Source: Narcine bancroftii
Lineage: Eukaryota
Assembly: GCF_036971445.1 (NCBI RefSeq)
Contig: NC_091469.1
Location: forward strand, 5,828,001 to 5,892,000
Direction of reading: 5' to 3'
DNA length: 64,000 nucleotides
In this document: piece by piece, positions 1-10,866 of the stretch
Layout: every line of letters begins with the position of its first letter
Position numbering within the stretch: position 1 is the first letter of the stretch
Notes under the pieces: generated by a model
The model's input: the letters and a program-made list of their open reading frames with translations, nothing else
Database searches by the model: none
Told to the model about the DNA's origin: nothing
Made by a program: the position numbers and the translations under genes

Positions 1-535
1 CTGCATCTGGAGTACTTTGTGACTTGAGGAAGGATGTAGTAACTTTAGAGGTGGTGCAGAGGAGGTTATTCAGGTTGATTCCAGAGATGAGGGGATTAGC
101 CTTTGAGGAGCGATTGTGTCATCTGGGACTGTACTCACTGGAATTTAGAATAATGAGAGGGAATCAAACAGAAAGATAAGATAGAGGTGGGTAAGTTGTT
201 TACATTGGTGGGAGAGACCATAACTAGGGGTCATCGCCTCAAGATTCAGGGTAGTAGATTTAGAATGGAGATGAGGAGGAACTGCTTTTCCCAGAGGGTG
301 GTGAATCTATAGAATTCGCTGCCCATTGAAGCAGTGGAGGCTACCTCAGTGAAAATATTTAAAACAAGGTTGGATAGATTTTTACATAGTTGGGGAATTA
401 AGTTGGGGATATGGGGAAAAGGCAGGTAGGTGGAGATGAGTCATCATCAGATCAGCCATGATCTTATTGAATGGCGGAGCAGGCACAACAGGCTGGATGG
501 ACAACTCCTGCTCCTATTTTTTGTGTCCTTCTGTT
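1..535 (+). mobile_element. CR1-clade LINE 3' fragment (intron of NDUFV1)
   Basis: Degenerate CR1 ORF2 C-terminus (RRFxRLIP..., FSQRVVNLxN-type motifs) and a CR1-type 3' tail ending CTCCTGCTCCTATTTT; homologous to other CR1 tails in the window. Confidence 0.8.
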
Positions 536-765
536 TTTATGTCCCATGTCTGTTCAGGAGGCTGATCATCTCTCTCTCTCTCCCCCCACACTATCTCCCC
601 CCTCTCTCTGCCCCACCTCTCTTTTTCCCCTCTCTCTCTCTCTGGCACCACTTCCCCCACTCTCTCCCCCAACTCTCTTCCCCCACTCTTTCCTCCCCAT
701 TTCCCCTCCTCTCTTCCACCCCCCCCCCCTCTTGTTACCCCATCTCTCTCTCTCTCCTGGGACAG

Positions 766-911
766 GGGTTGACTGGATGAACCGGATGCTATGGCGATTT
801 GTTAGAGGTGATGCACAGGAGCGGGAGATTGACATGCTTTGGGAGATCAGCAAGCAGGTGGAGGGACACACAATCTGTGCTCTTGGAGACGGAGCTGCTT
901 GGCCTGTGCAG
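766..911 (+). CDS. NDUFV1: NADH dehydrogenase [ubiquinone] flavoprotein 1 (51 kDa subunit), penultimate exon
   Basis: cag|GG...CAG|gtatct; encodes [48 protein letters not shown], matching the NDUFV1/NuoF C-terminal 4Fe-4S region. Confidence 0.95.
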
Positions 912-1100
912 GTATCTGACCCCTTTCTTGCCACCCTCTCTTCCCCCCTCCTCTCCTCCTGCCTCTCTTGCCCTCTTTTCACTTCTCTCTCGCCCCTGTC
1001 CCCACCACCTTCTCTCCCTGCGCAGCCCCCCCTCTCTCTCTCTCTCTCTCTCCCCCATTCCACCCCTTCTCCCTCTCACAATCTTCCTTTCCTATTCCAG

Positions 1101-1184
1101 GGTTTAATTCGTCACTTCCGTCCAGAATTGGAACAAAGGATCCGTGCATTCCGGGAACCATCCGCCTCTGCCGTGGTCTCATAG
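1101..1184 (+). CDS. NDUFV1: NDUFV1 last coding exon
   Basis: ttccag|GGT; [27 protein letters not shown]; in phase with the previous exon. Confidence 0.93.
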   Translation, partial: GLIRHFRPELEQRIRAFREPSASAVVS

Positions 1185-1323
1185 AGACCCCTATCACTTG
1201 CCTGCAGGCTTCGAATCCCTGCTTCCCCCTATCTTTCTCACTCTCCTCCCCATCTCTCTCTCTTCCCCTCTCTCCCCCCACCCCCCCTCCTCACCCCCCT
1301 CTCTCTTCCCTCCCTGGTTTCTG

Positions 1324-1329
1324 AATAAA
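1324..1329 (+). terminator. Poly(A) signal of NDUFV1
   Basis: AATAAA 140 nt after the stop codon. Confidence 0.7.
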
Positions 1330-1594
1330 CACAATGATCCAGCATATTCTCCCTCAGTTTCTGATGGGGATACAGTCTCCCCCTGATCTCGTCCCATGTC
1401 CTCAAATTAATCTCCCTGTCCCCAGATCTGAATGGGCATTTAATTGAAGTTGTCCATCTGCCTCACCCCAATCTGCACACCCCTTGTGTTCTGGGTTTGT
1501 GCACGTGTGGTGGGGGGTGGTTTGGTGGAAGTTGCCCCATTATATCTCCACCTCTCACCTTCAATCACTGTCCATCCGGCGAGGGGATATTAGA

Positions 1595-1985
1595 TATTAG
1601 TGTGTGTGAGTGGGGATGTGTGTGAATGTTATTTGTGAGTAAGAATGTGTGCATGTGTAAGACTGAGTGTGTGTGAGAGAGCGTTTGTGTGTGCATGAGT
1701 CTGAGTGTGAGTGAGAATGTGTGTGAGAGCACCCGTGTGTGTGTGCATGAGGATGTGTAGGCATGTGTGTGTTTCTGAGTATGTGAGTGAGAAGGTGTAT
1801 GAGAGAGAGCGCATCTGGGGGGGTGGGACGGTTGGAGGGAGGGCCTGTGTGTGGGAGATTGTTTGAGAAAGTATGTGAGAGTGTGTTGTGCGTGACAGGT
1901 GAGTGAGTGAGTGAGTGAGTTTGTCCGTATGTGAAAATCTAGGTGTGAGCATGTGAAAGCATGCCTGCACACTGTGTGCGGCATG
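1595..1985. repeat. Degenerate (GT/GA)n microsatellite tract
   Basis: GTGT/GAGT-rich low-complexity run. Confidence 0.75.
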
Positions 1986-2028
1986 AAATGGGTAAAGCAA
2001 TGCGCGGATTTGAAGCTGTAATGGCATC

Positions 2029-2160
2029 ATAGGCCCTTTCAGGTGGACCCTCCTCCTTGAGAGCGGCGGCAAGAGTGGATCTTAACCTGCAGACTCAACT
2101 TTCAGGTGGCAGCCCTAAAAGACTGCTGCAGCGTTGCCCGGTCCACCTGAAAAGGCCTAT
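2029..2160. mobile_element. MITE with ~21-bp terminal inverted repeats (PIF/Harbinger-like ends)
   Basis: ATAGGCCCTTTCAGGTGGACC (2029-2049) pairs with GGTCCACCTGAAAAGGCCTAT (2140-2160), one mismatch. The superfamily assignment is inference. Confidence 0.7.
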
Positions 2161-2508
2161 TCATATCTAGAAGCGCCTCGGAGCACCTCCGTATCTGATG
2201 GAGGCGGGGCGACTGGTGCCGCAGTGTCACCCGTCATAAATATGCAGCATAGCAATGGCCGTCTTCCCTACCCATAATACGCCACGCAGGTGGAACCGCT
2301 CTGTGTTTCCCACACAGTTCCAACTGCATGGGGGGGATAATGGATAGGGAAAACCAGCATTGCTATGCTGCATTTTGATCCATAAAGGACAGCCCCGGTG
2401 CAGGAGGGGCCAGCTGGGCTCTGACAACCTGCACCGGCCGACATCCCCTGCCCCGACGTTTCCCCCACCGGCCGACCCGACATCCACTGCCAGCCGCCCT
2501 GCCCCAAC

Positions 2509-3165
2509 GGCCACCCGTGCCCCAGTAGGGCAGGGTCTGTCCGCCCCAACAGCCCCCACTGGCCACCCGTGCCCCAGTAGGGCAGGGTCTGTCCGCCCCA
2601 ACAGCCCCCACTGGCCACCCGTGCCCCAGTAGGGCAGGGTCTGTCCGCCCCAACAGCCCCCACTGGCCACCCGTGCCCCAGTAGGGCAGGGTCTGTCCGC
2701 CCCAACAGCCCCCACTGGCCACCCGTGCCCCAGTAGGGCAGGGTCTGTCCGCCCCAACAGCCCCCACTGGCCACCCGTGCCCCAGTAGGGCAGGGTCTGT
2801 CCGCCCCAACAGCCCCCACTGGCCACCCGTGCCCCAGTAGGGCAGGGTCTGTCCGCCCCAACAGCCCCCACTGGCCACCCGTGCCCCAGTAGGGCAGGGT
2901 CTGTCCGCCCCAACAGCCCCCACTGGCCACCCGTGCCCCAGTAGGGCAGGGTCTGTCCGCCCCAACAGCCCCCACTGGCCACCCGTGCCCCAGTAGGGCA
3001 GGGTCTGTCCGCCCCAACAGCCCCCACTGGCCACCCGTGCCCCAGTAGGGCAGGGTCTGTCCGCCCCAACAGCCCCCACTGGCCACCCGTGCCCCAGTAG
3101 GGCAGGGTCTGTCCGCCCCAACAGCCCCCACTGGCCACCCGTGCCCCAGTAGGGCAGGGTCTGTC
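2509..3165. repeat. 52-bp GC-rich minisatellite, ~12.6 essentially identical copies
   Basis: Unit GGCCACCCGTGCCCCAGTAGGGCAGGGTCTGTCCGCCCCAACAGCCCCCACT, with no spacers. Confidence 0.97.
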
Positions 3166-3399
3166 AGGCAGCGGGGAGTTGGATCGCCGGTTGATAGAGT
3201 CATCAGCCCGCCCGCAGGCAGCCTCTTACAGTGGCTGCACATTCAGATGCCTCAGCGGAGCCCGGCCCTCCACCGATTATCCTTCCCGGAGTAGCGTTGG
3301 TGTCGGTGCTTTTGGAGCATTCAGGCGAGTACTTCCTTAGCGGCATAGGGGGAGAAGATGTGGCTTTTCAATAGGGTGTTCAGGCCATCTGAAAGTGCT

Positions 3400-3709
3400 G
3401 GATGAGGGGGGCGGAGCAACAAGGCCGTTGGAGCTGGGACAAGTTACACCACATCAGATTAGGCAGGGCAATGAGATAATTTGGAGATACCGCCTGTGAT
3501 GCCACAATGCAATGGGCGGAGTAACGGCGCGTCCTGATGCCAGAACACAATAGGCGGTGCAACGAGGACCATTGGTCGGTGGGACTAATGACGTCAGAGA
3601 AGGTGGAACTGGCTGAGATGCAACAATTCACAAGGAGCGGTGTCGATCTTCGGCCTACATTGACGTAAGGGGGCGGTGCCTAGCTTGAGCGTGATTGCGT
3701 CACTGCACA
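3400..3709 (+). promoter_or_regulatory. CpG-rich promoter/5' UTR of MRPL18
   Basis: GGGCGG boxes, a TGACGTCA (CRE) at 3589-3596, TGACGT at 3661 and ATTGG, directly upstream of the ATG at 3710. Confidence 0.7.
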
Positions 3710-3758
3710 ATGGCAGCGACGGTGAGCACCGTGCGAGCGGCTCGAGCGGGAGCTACAG
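3710..3758 (+). CDS. MRPL18: Mitochondrial ribosomal protein L18 (uL18m), exon 1
   Basis: ACAATGG Kozak context; MAATVSTVRAARAGAT is Ala/Arg-rich and presequence-like; phase-1 donor CAG|gtaccg is compatible with exon 2. Confidence 0.7.
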
Positions 3759-4409
3759 GTACCGGCTGGAATGTTTGCTGGGGGAGGGCGGATTCATCCC
3801 CGGCTCTAATTGGCTGCTTTACTAGAAGAACAGGAGGCAATGATAATTCTCGCTGATTGGGCCCACAGATAATTGAGAGGGGCTGAAAATCTAGTCCGAG
3901 AGTTGATTAGCTGAGTAGCTTGAGGCGAGGCCCCCCTCGCTGGCTGCTGTTTGGCCGTTCCCCAGAGAGCCTGCCTTCTGATTGGGCAACGGTCACGATT
4001 TATCAAGCCCTCTTCGATCTTTGATTGGCTATTGGCTTCCGCTGTCGATTAGTCAGTTTACCCCCATTCTCTCATTGGTCGGACTGCCAAGGTTCGGACG
4101 ACTCCCGATCTCTGATTGTTCGAGTTCCGAAACGAGGAATGTCTGATTGGTTAATATAACAAGGGCAGGGTGGTACCTACCAAATCTTGACCTTTGATTG
4201 GTTACTATGGGAAGGGTGATAAATCTTGGGCTCTGATTGGCCTCTTTACAAAAAAAAGGTACGGGGCTCTATTCTCAGAGCATTGGAGGGGCCTGCACTT
4301 TCAGATAATCATTCCTCCCCTTCCATTCTCCTCCCCTTCCATTCTCCTCTCCTCCACCTCTTTCACCTCTTCCCTTCCATTCTTCTCCTTACCCTCATCT
4401 CTCCCACAG

Positions 4410-4602
4410 CCTCTCTGACAGGCTTCTGGGGCCGAGCCACAATGAGGCAGGTGATCTCTGAGGGTTGGAGGGAGATGCAGGGCAATGAGGCGGTGGCCCC
4501 GAGATTCAGGAACAGGAACCCCCGGAACCTGGAGTGCCTGGGGCTGGGCATCAAGGACAACGGCTGGCAGACAACATGGCCCCGAAGGAGCTACTGGCAC
4601 AG
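4410..4602 (+). CDS. MRPL18: MRPL18 exon 2 (alternative in-frame acceptor at 4422)
   Basis: [40 protein letters not shown] matches the uL18m motif [17 protein letters not shown]...GW...FWHR; donor AG|gtgatg. Confidence 0.9.
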
Positions 4603-5821
4603 GTGATGGAGGATCGATGGACAGAGGCAACTTGGGGTGTGAAGGTGGGGAGTATCGCGGGATGGAGTGACCTCAGGATACAAGGGTGGGACTCGCAGAG
4701 TATCAAGGGATCAATACAACCTGTGTGAAAATCCTGAGGAGGATTGTATTGGGTGATAAGGAGAATCTTGATGTGATATACCAAGGAACACAAGAGAAGT
4801 TGAAAAGATGGTGCCAGGAGAAGAACAGAAAACTTAGAAAGAGACAAGCGTGCAGAGGGCAAGGGTGTGTCGTAGAACAGAGACCTCGGGGTATGGGGAT
4901 TAGCACAGTGAATGGTGGGTTAATGTAGAACAGAGAGACTTCAGGGTACCTCGGGGTACGAGGGTGGGACACAGAGTCTCAAAGGATGGATACAACTTAT
5001 GTAAAGATCATGATGGGGGATAGGGAGAACCCTTGATGCTATATACAGCCTCTCCCGACTTATGATCGAAAAAACACTATAAATACTATATTTTAAAACT
5101 ATATAAATCAACATCATAAATTAGCATCACCACTATCTATTATTGGGGGCTGGTTGTGGGCTGTCGGGAGGGAGCAGGGCAGTAGGATCAGTGTGGGGGC
5201 TGGTGGCGGGCTTTTGGGAGACTCACCCGGCAGCCCGCTGTCAGTCCCGTGCTGGTCCCGCTGCCCACTCTCCCGGCGGCCCGCTGTTGGTCCACACACC
5301 TCCCTCCCAACAGCTTGTCACAAGCCCCCACACCGATCCCACTGCCCCACTCCTTCCCAATAGCCCATCACCAGCCTCCACACTGATCCCACCACCCTGC
5401 TCCAAAAAGGCAAACAATAAAATGGATACAGTAAATTTCTGACAAGCCCATTTTGAGATATGACCGGTTAGTCAGAACAGAATCAACATATATCAGAGCA
5501 TATCTTTACCAAGGAACAAAAGAGAGGTTGAAAAGATGGTGCCAGGAAAACAACAGAAAGAGGTGGGCGCACAGAGGGCAAGAGAAATACCTCAGGATAT
5601 GGGCACCAACATGGTGTATGGTGGGGAGTGTCATAGAACAGAGAAACCTTGGGGTACAGGGATTAACACAGTGAACAGTGGGAAGCGATGTCGAACAGAA
5701 CCTCGGGGTACAAGGGTGGGGAATGTGAAGGGATGCAGGGACTTCAAGGTATAAGGGTGGGGTATACAGCATGTGGATAGATCTCGGATGAAATCTCGTC
5801 CTTTCTCCCTCCCACCCCCAG

Positions 5822-6053
5822 GTTGACCGTGCGGAAGTCGCAACACTACCTGACAGCTGTCGTGGAGAGTGCTGCAGGTGAACCGGTGATCAGCGCCTCG
5901 ACTGGGGAATGGTGTATTCGCCGGCACCTTCCCAGTGGTCAGGGAGTCTCAGCAGCTCAAAACCTGGGCTGTGTCCTGGCCCGTCGCTGCCTTGAGGCTG
6001 GGCTTGGCTACCTGTCCTTCAGGGCCGTGCCTTGGGTGTACCGGTCAGATACG
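5822..6053 (+). CDS. MRPL18: MRPL18 exon 3
   Basis: ccag|G; LTVRKSQHYLTAVVE...VISASTGEWCIRRHL...LGCVLARRCLEAG...PWVYRSDT is the L18 core; donor gtaagg. Confidence 0.93.
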
Positions 6054-6278
6054 GTAAGGGGAGAGGAGGGAAGGAGAGGTGAAGGCAGGGAGATGGGAGG
6101 GAGAGAAGGAGAGATGGGGGACAGGAAGGAAGGAGGTGAAGGGAAGGTGAAGCGAGGGGATTGTGATGGGGAGGGGGTAGGAGAGGGGAGAAGACAGAGT
6201 GACAAAGAAGGGGAGGATTTGTTCACTCTCTGCTTTTTGCTGGAACAGATCTTCGTGATTTTTATAAATGACCTGGAC

Positions 6279-6644
6279 CAGTGGTTCTCAATGTTTTTCT
6301 TTCCACTCTCATCCCACTTTAAGTAATTCCTATTCCATCGGTGCTGTGATTAGTAAGGGATTGCTTAAGGTGGGATGTGAGTGGGAAAGGAAGGTTGAGA
6401 ATCATTGCTCTAGACCAAATCGTTACTGAAATATTTTGCCTGATAAAAATTGTCATTGACCCATTTCCTTTGGAGTTATGAAACCGTGCACATAATGTGT
6501 CAATTCGGTACAATTAAAACAGTGGTTTTCAAACCTTTTCTTTCCACCCACATACCACCTTAAGCAATCCCTTACCAATCACAGAGCGCATAGGGAATGC
6601 TTAAAGTGGTATGTAAGTAGAAAGAAAAAGATTGAGAACCACTG
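6279..6644. mobile_element. hAT (Charlie-like) MITE made of two palindromic units
   Basis: Termini CAGTGGTTCTCAA...TTGAGAACCACTG; units ~6279-6406 and ~6520-6644 are each self-complementary. Confidence 0.75.
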
Positions 6645-7289
6645 TCTTAAAGATATTTACCATTCTCCTTGTATTCTTCCACAGAGCTGTAAGGCACATG
6701 TGGATATTAATTAAAATTAATGTCTACATTCATATACACGAGGCAGACCCTCACTTCCACGAGAGAGGTGTTTTGGGCACTGGGAGGTTAAAGAGAGCAC
6801 AGAACATTACAGCACAATACAGGCCCCTCAGCCCATGATGTTGTGTTTACCTATAGAACAATACAGCACAGAAACAGGCTCTTTGATCCTTCATGTCCAT
6901 GCTGAACTATTATTCTACCTAGTCCCTTTTAAATATTTCCTCACCTTAAACCAATGGTTCTTTTCCCTTTTTCCATGAACGTACCACCATAGTAGAAAAA
7001 AATAGAGGGTTTCGGGATAGGGAGGGTTTAATGCTTTTTTTAAAAGGAATATATGGGCCAGGTCAATATCGAGGGTGAAGGACCGAAACTGTGCTGTTGT
7101 GTTCATTCATTCATTCAAGGCTCCAACTAAAAACTAACTTGTCTTCTTACTCTTTCATTTCTGATGAACGGTCTCCAAACCAAAACTAACTCTTCTTCCC
7201 TTTCCACACAGAAACCTAACCTAATATACCTAACCTACCAAAAATCAAACGAAACCCTTCCTACCTCGTAACCCTTTATTTTCCTTTGT

Positions 7290-8810
7290 CCTTTGCCTTC
7301 TTTTCTTCTTTCTTTGGCTTGGCTTCGCGGACGAAGATTTATGGAGGGGTAATGTCCACGTCAGCTGCAGGCTCGTTTGTGGCTGACAAATCCGATGCAG
7401 GACAGGCAGACACGTTTGCAGAGGTTGCAAGGGAAAATTGGTTGGTTGGGTGTTGGGTTTTTCCTCCTTTGTCTTTTGTCAGTGAGGTGGGCTCTGCGGT
7501 CTTCTTCAAAGGAGGTTGCTGCCCGCCGAACTGTGAGGCGCCAAGATGCACGGTTTGAGGCGATATCAGCCCACTGGCGGTGGTCAATGTGGCAGGCACC
7601 AAGAAATTTCTTTAGGCAGTCCTTGTACCTCTTTTTTGGTGCACCTCTGTCTCGGTGGCCAGTGGAGAGCTTGCCATATAACACGATCTTGGGAAGGCGA
7701 TGGTCCTCCATTCTGGAGACGTGACCTACCCAGCGCAGTTGGATCTTCAGCAGCGTGGATTCAATGCTGTCGGCCTCTGCCATCTCGAGTACTTCGATGT
7801 TGGAGATGAAGTCGCTCCAATGAATGTTGAGGATGGAGTGGAGACAACGCTGGTGGAAGCGTGCTAGGAGCCGTAGGTGATGCCGGTAGAGGATCCATGA
7901 TTCGGAGCCGAACAGGAGTGTGGGTATGACAACGGCTCTGTATACGCTAATCTTTGTGAGGTTTTTCAGTTGGTTGTTTTCCAGACTCTTTTGTGTAGTC
8001 TTCCAAAGGCGCTATTTGCCTTGGCGAGTCTGTTGTCTATCTCATTGTCGATCCTTGCATCCGATGAAATGGTGCAGCCGAGATAGGTAAACTGGTTGAC
8101 TGTTTTGAGTTTTGTGTGCCCGATGGATATGTGGGGGGGGCTGGTAGTCATGGTGGGGAGCTGGCTGATGGAGGATCTCAGTTTTCTTCAGGCTGACTTC
8201 CAGGCCAAACATTTTGGCATTTTCCGCAAAACAGGACGTCAAGCGCTGAAGAGCTGACTCTGAATGGGCAACTAAAGCGGCATCGTCTGCAAAGAGTAGT
8301 TCACAGACAAGTTGCTCTTGTGTCTTGGTGTGAGCTTGCAGGCGCCTCAGATTGAAGAGACTGCCATCCGTGCGGTACCAGATGTAAACAGCGTCTTCAT
8401 TGTTGAGGTCTTTCATGGCTTGTTTCAGCATCATGCTGAAGAAGATTGAAAAGAGGGTTGGTGTGAGAACGCAGCCTTGCTTCACGCCATTGTTAATGGA
8501 GAAGGGTTCAGAGAGCTCATTGCTGTATCTGACTCGACCTTGTTGGTTTTCGTGCAGTTGGATAACCATGTTGAGGAACTTTGGGGGGCATCCGAGGCGC
8601 TCTAGTATTTGCCAAAGCCCTTTCCTACTCACGGTGTCGAAGGCTTTGGTGAGGTCAACAAAGGTGATGTCAAGTCCTTTGTTTTGTTCTCTGCACTTTT
8701 CTTGGAGCTGTCTGAGGGCAAAGACCATGTCAGTAGATTCTCTGCGCGAAAGCCTCACTGTGATTCTGGGAGAACATTTTCGGCGACACTAGCCTAGCGA
8801 AGATTTTGCC
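7290..8810 (-). mobile_element. RTE-clade LINE, 5'-truncated, frameshifted ORF2 (RT)
   Basis: FVDLTKAFDTVSR, GVKQGCVL, LLFADDAALVAHSE, QLRWVGHVSRMEDHRLPK, C-terminal C2H2-like motif; 3' end with (GAA)-type tail. Confidence 0.92.
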
Positions 8811-8811
8811 T

Positions 8812-9375
8812 AAAAGTCTCTTAAATGCCTCTAAAGTTCCATTCTCCACCATTACCCATGGCAAGACATTCCAGGAGCCCACAACTCTGTGTAAAACAAA
8901 ATAATTACCCCTGATGTCTCCTTTAAACTTACCTCCCTTCACCTTGCACAGATGCTCTCTGGTGTTTGCTATTCCTTCCTTGGGGAAAAAGGTGCTGGCT
9001 GTCTACCTTATCTGTGCCTCTCGTAGTCTTGTAGACCTCTAGTCTCTCTTTCTTCTTTGCTGCAAAGAGAAAAATCCCAACTCTGTTAACCTTGCCTGAT
9101 AAGACATTTCCAATCCAGGCAACATCCTAGTAAATCTCCTCTGCATCCTCTACACAGGTTCCACATAGTTTCTGTAATGAGGTGACCAGAACTGAACACA
9201 ATATTCTAAGTGTGAGCTCACCAGCAGATTTATAGAGCTGCAACATTACCTCACGACTCCTGAGAACTCAATCCCTGAATAACGAACCCCAGCATATCAT
9301 CAGCCTTCTTAACTATCAACCTGTACGGTGACCTTAAGATCTATGGATTTGGACCCCAAGATCCCTCTGTTCTTT
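8812..9375 (-). mobile_element. CR1 LINE 3' fragment
   Basis: KGGKFKGDIRG...RVVGSWNVLP on the minus strand. Confidence 0.8.
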
Positions 9376-10320
9376 AACAAAAGGTGTTGTGGGCAGTGTG
9401 GGAGCTTACAACAGGATATAGACAGAACAGGAAATTGTGCTGAGAAGTGGAGGGAGGGTCAGTGAGAATACAGAAAGGTGGGAGGTGTTGTGGGCAGTGT
9501 AGAAGGTTGTCAGAGGACATAGGCAGGCTGCAGAGTTGGGTGGAGAAGTGGCAGACGGAGTTCAATCTGGATAAATGTGAAGTGATGAATTTTGGAAAGT
9601 CAAATTTGAAAGTGGATTACATGGTTAATGACAGGATTCTTAATAGTATGGAAGAACAGAGGGTCCAAATCCAGAGATCTCTCATGGTTGCTGTACAGGT
9701 TGACAGGGTAGTTAAGATAGCTTATGGTCCACTGGCCTTCATTAGTCAGGGGGATTGAGTTCAGGAGCTGTGAGGTAATGTTCTAGCTCTACAAATATCC
9801 AATAAGAGCACACTTGGAATATTGTGTTCAGTTCTGGTCACCTAATTACAGGAATAATGTGGAAGCTATGGAGAGGGTGCAGAGAAGATTTTCCAGGATG
9901 TTGCTTGGTTTGGAGAACTAGTCTTATGAGGCAAGGTTAGCAGAATGAGGAATTTTCTCTTTTCAGCAAAGGATGAGAGGTGACTGAATATAGGTAGACA
10001 AAATTCTGACAGACATGGATAGGGTAGACAGCTAGTGTCTCTTTCCTAGGCTGGGAGTAGCATACACCAGAGGACATTTGTACCAAGTGAGGAAAGTTTA
10101 GGGGACAAAGGGGTAAGAGTGGTAGTTGTCTGGAATGCATTGCCAGGGGTGATGGTTTAAGCTGAATCATTAAGAGACTTAGGTGCATGGATGGAAGTAC
10201 AATAAGAGAGTTATGGGTGTGAGGGAGAGGAGGGTTCGATTATTGTACAGATTATTGTATATGGGTCAGCATAACCTCGTGGGTCGAAGGGCCTGCACTG
10301 TGCGAGAATGTTCAATGTTC
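9376..10320 (+). mobile_element. CR1 LINE 3' fragment
   Basis: WVEKWQTEFNLDKCEVMNFGKSN, HLEYCVQFWSP, CR1 3' tail. Confidence 0.85.
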
Positions 10321-10726
10321 CCTGGTTGGACCTCGGTTTTCTGACCAGTGAGCAGGTAATTGTGTCTCTTCTGCATTCAAAGTAGAAGCAACTAATAGTC
10401 TCTCTTTCCCTTTGCTCCCTTCCCTCTATCCCCCACTCCTCCCACTCTTTCCCCTCTCTCTACTTCCCTCCCCTCACACCCTTCTCTGCCACACTTTTTT
10501 TCCCCCTTTCTGCTTCTCCCTCCCCTCACTCCCTTCTCTCATCTCACCCTCTCTCTCCACTTCTGCCCTCCCTCTTTCCACCCTTTCTCTCCTCCATCTT
10601 TCACCAATGCTCCCCTTCCCTCTCCACTCTCCGTCACATTCCCTTCCCCTCTCTTGACCTCTCACTCTATTTTTCTCCCCCACCCCACAATCTCCCTCAC
10701 CCTTTTCTCTCTCCTCTCCCTCCCAG

Positions 10727-10816
10727 ATTCAACATTTCTGCAAGGTAATGAAGGAATCCGGAATGGTTCTGAGTGAACCCCGTCGCGTCCGAGTGACAAA
10801 GGGGAGGGAAGAATGA
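10727..10816 (+). CDS. MRPL18: MRPL18 exon 4 (last)
   Basis: Long pyrimidine tract and cccag|ATT; IQHFCKVMKESGMVLSEPRRVRVTKGREE* resembles the human terminal ...MTEGGVVLREPQRI; phase 0. Confidence 0.88.
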   Translation: MQHFCKVMKESGMVLSEPRRVRVTKGREE

Positions 10817-10860
10817 AAAGGGAGGGAGGGGAAACCTCCCTCAATACCTGAAACCAGTGC

Positions 10861-10866
10861 AATAAA
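10861..10866 (+). terminator. Poly(A) signal of MRPL18
   Basis: AATAAA 45 nt after the stop, followed by a GT-rich downstream element. Confidence 0.7.

Noticed and set aside
2227-3242. Long ORFs and CRISPR-like periodicity over the 52-bp array
   Set aside because: The units are identical with no unique spacers and no cas genes, and the context is eukaryotic. The ORFs are stop-free repeat translations.
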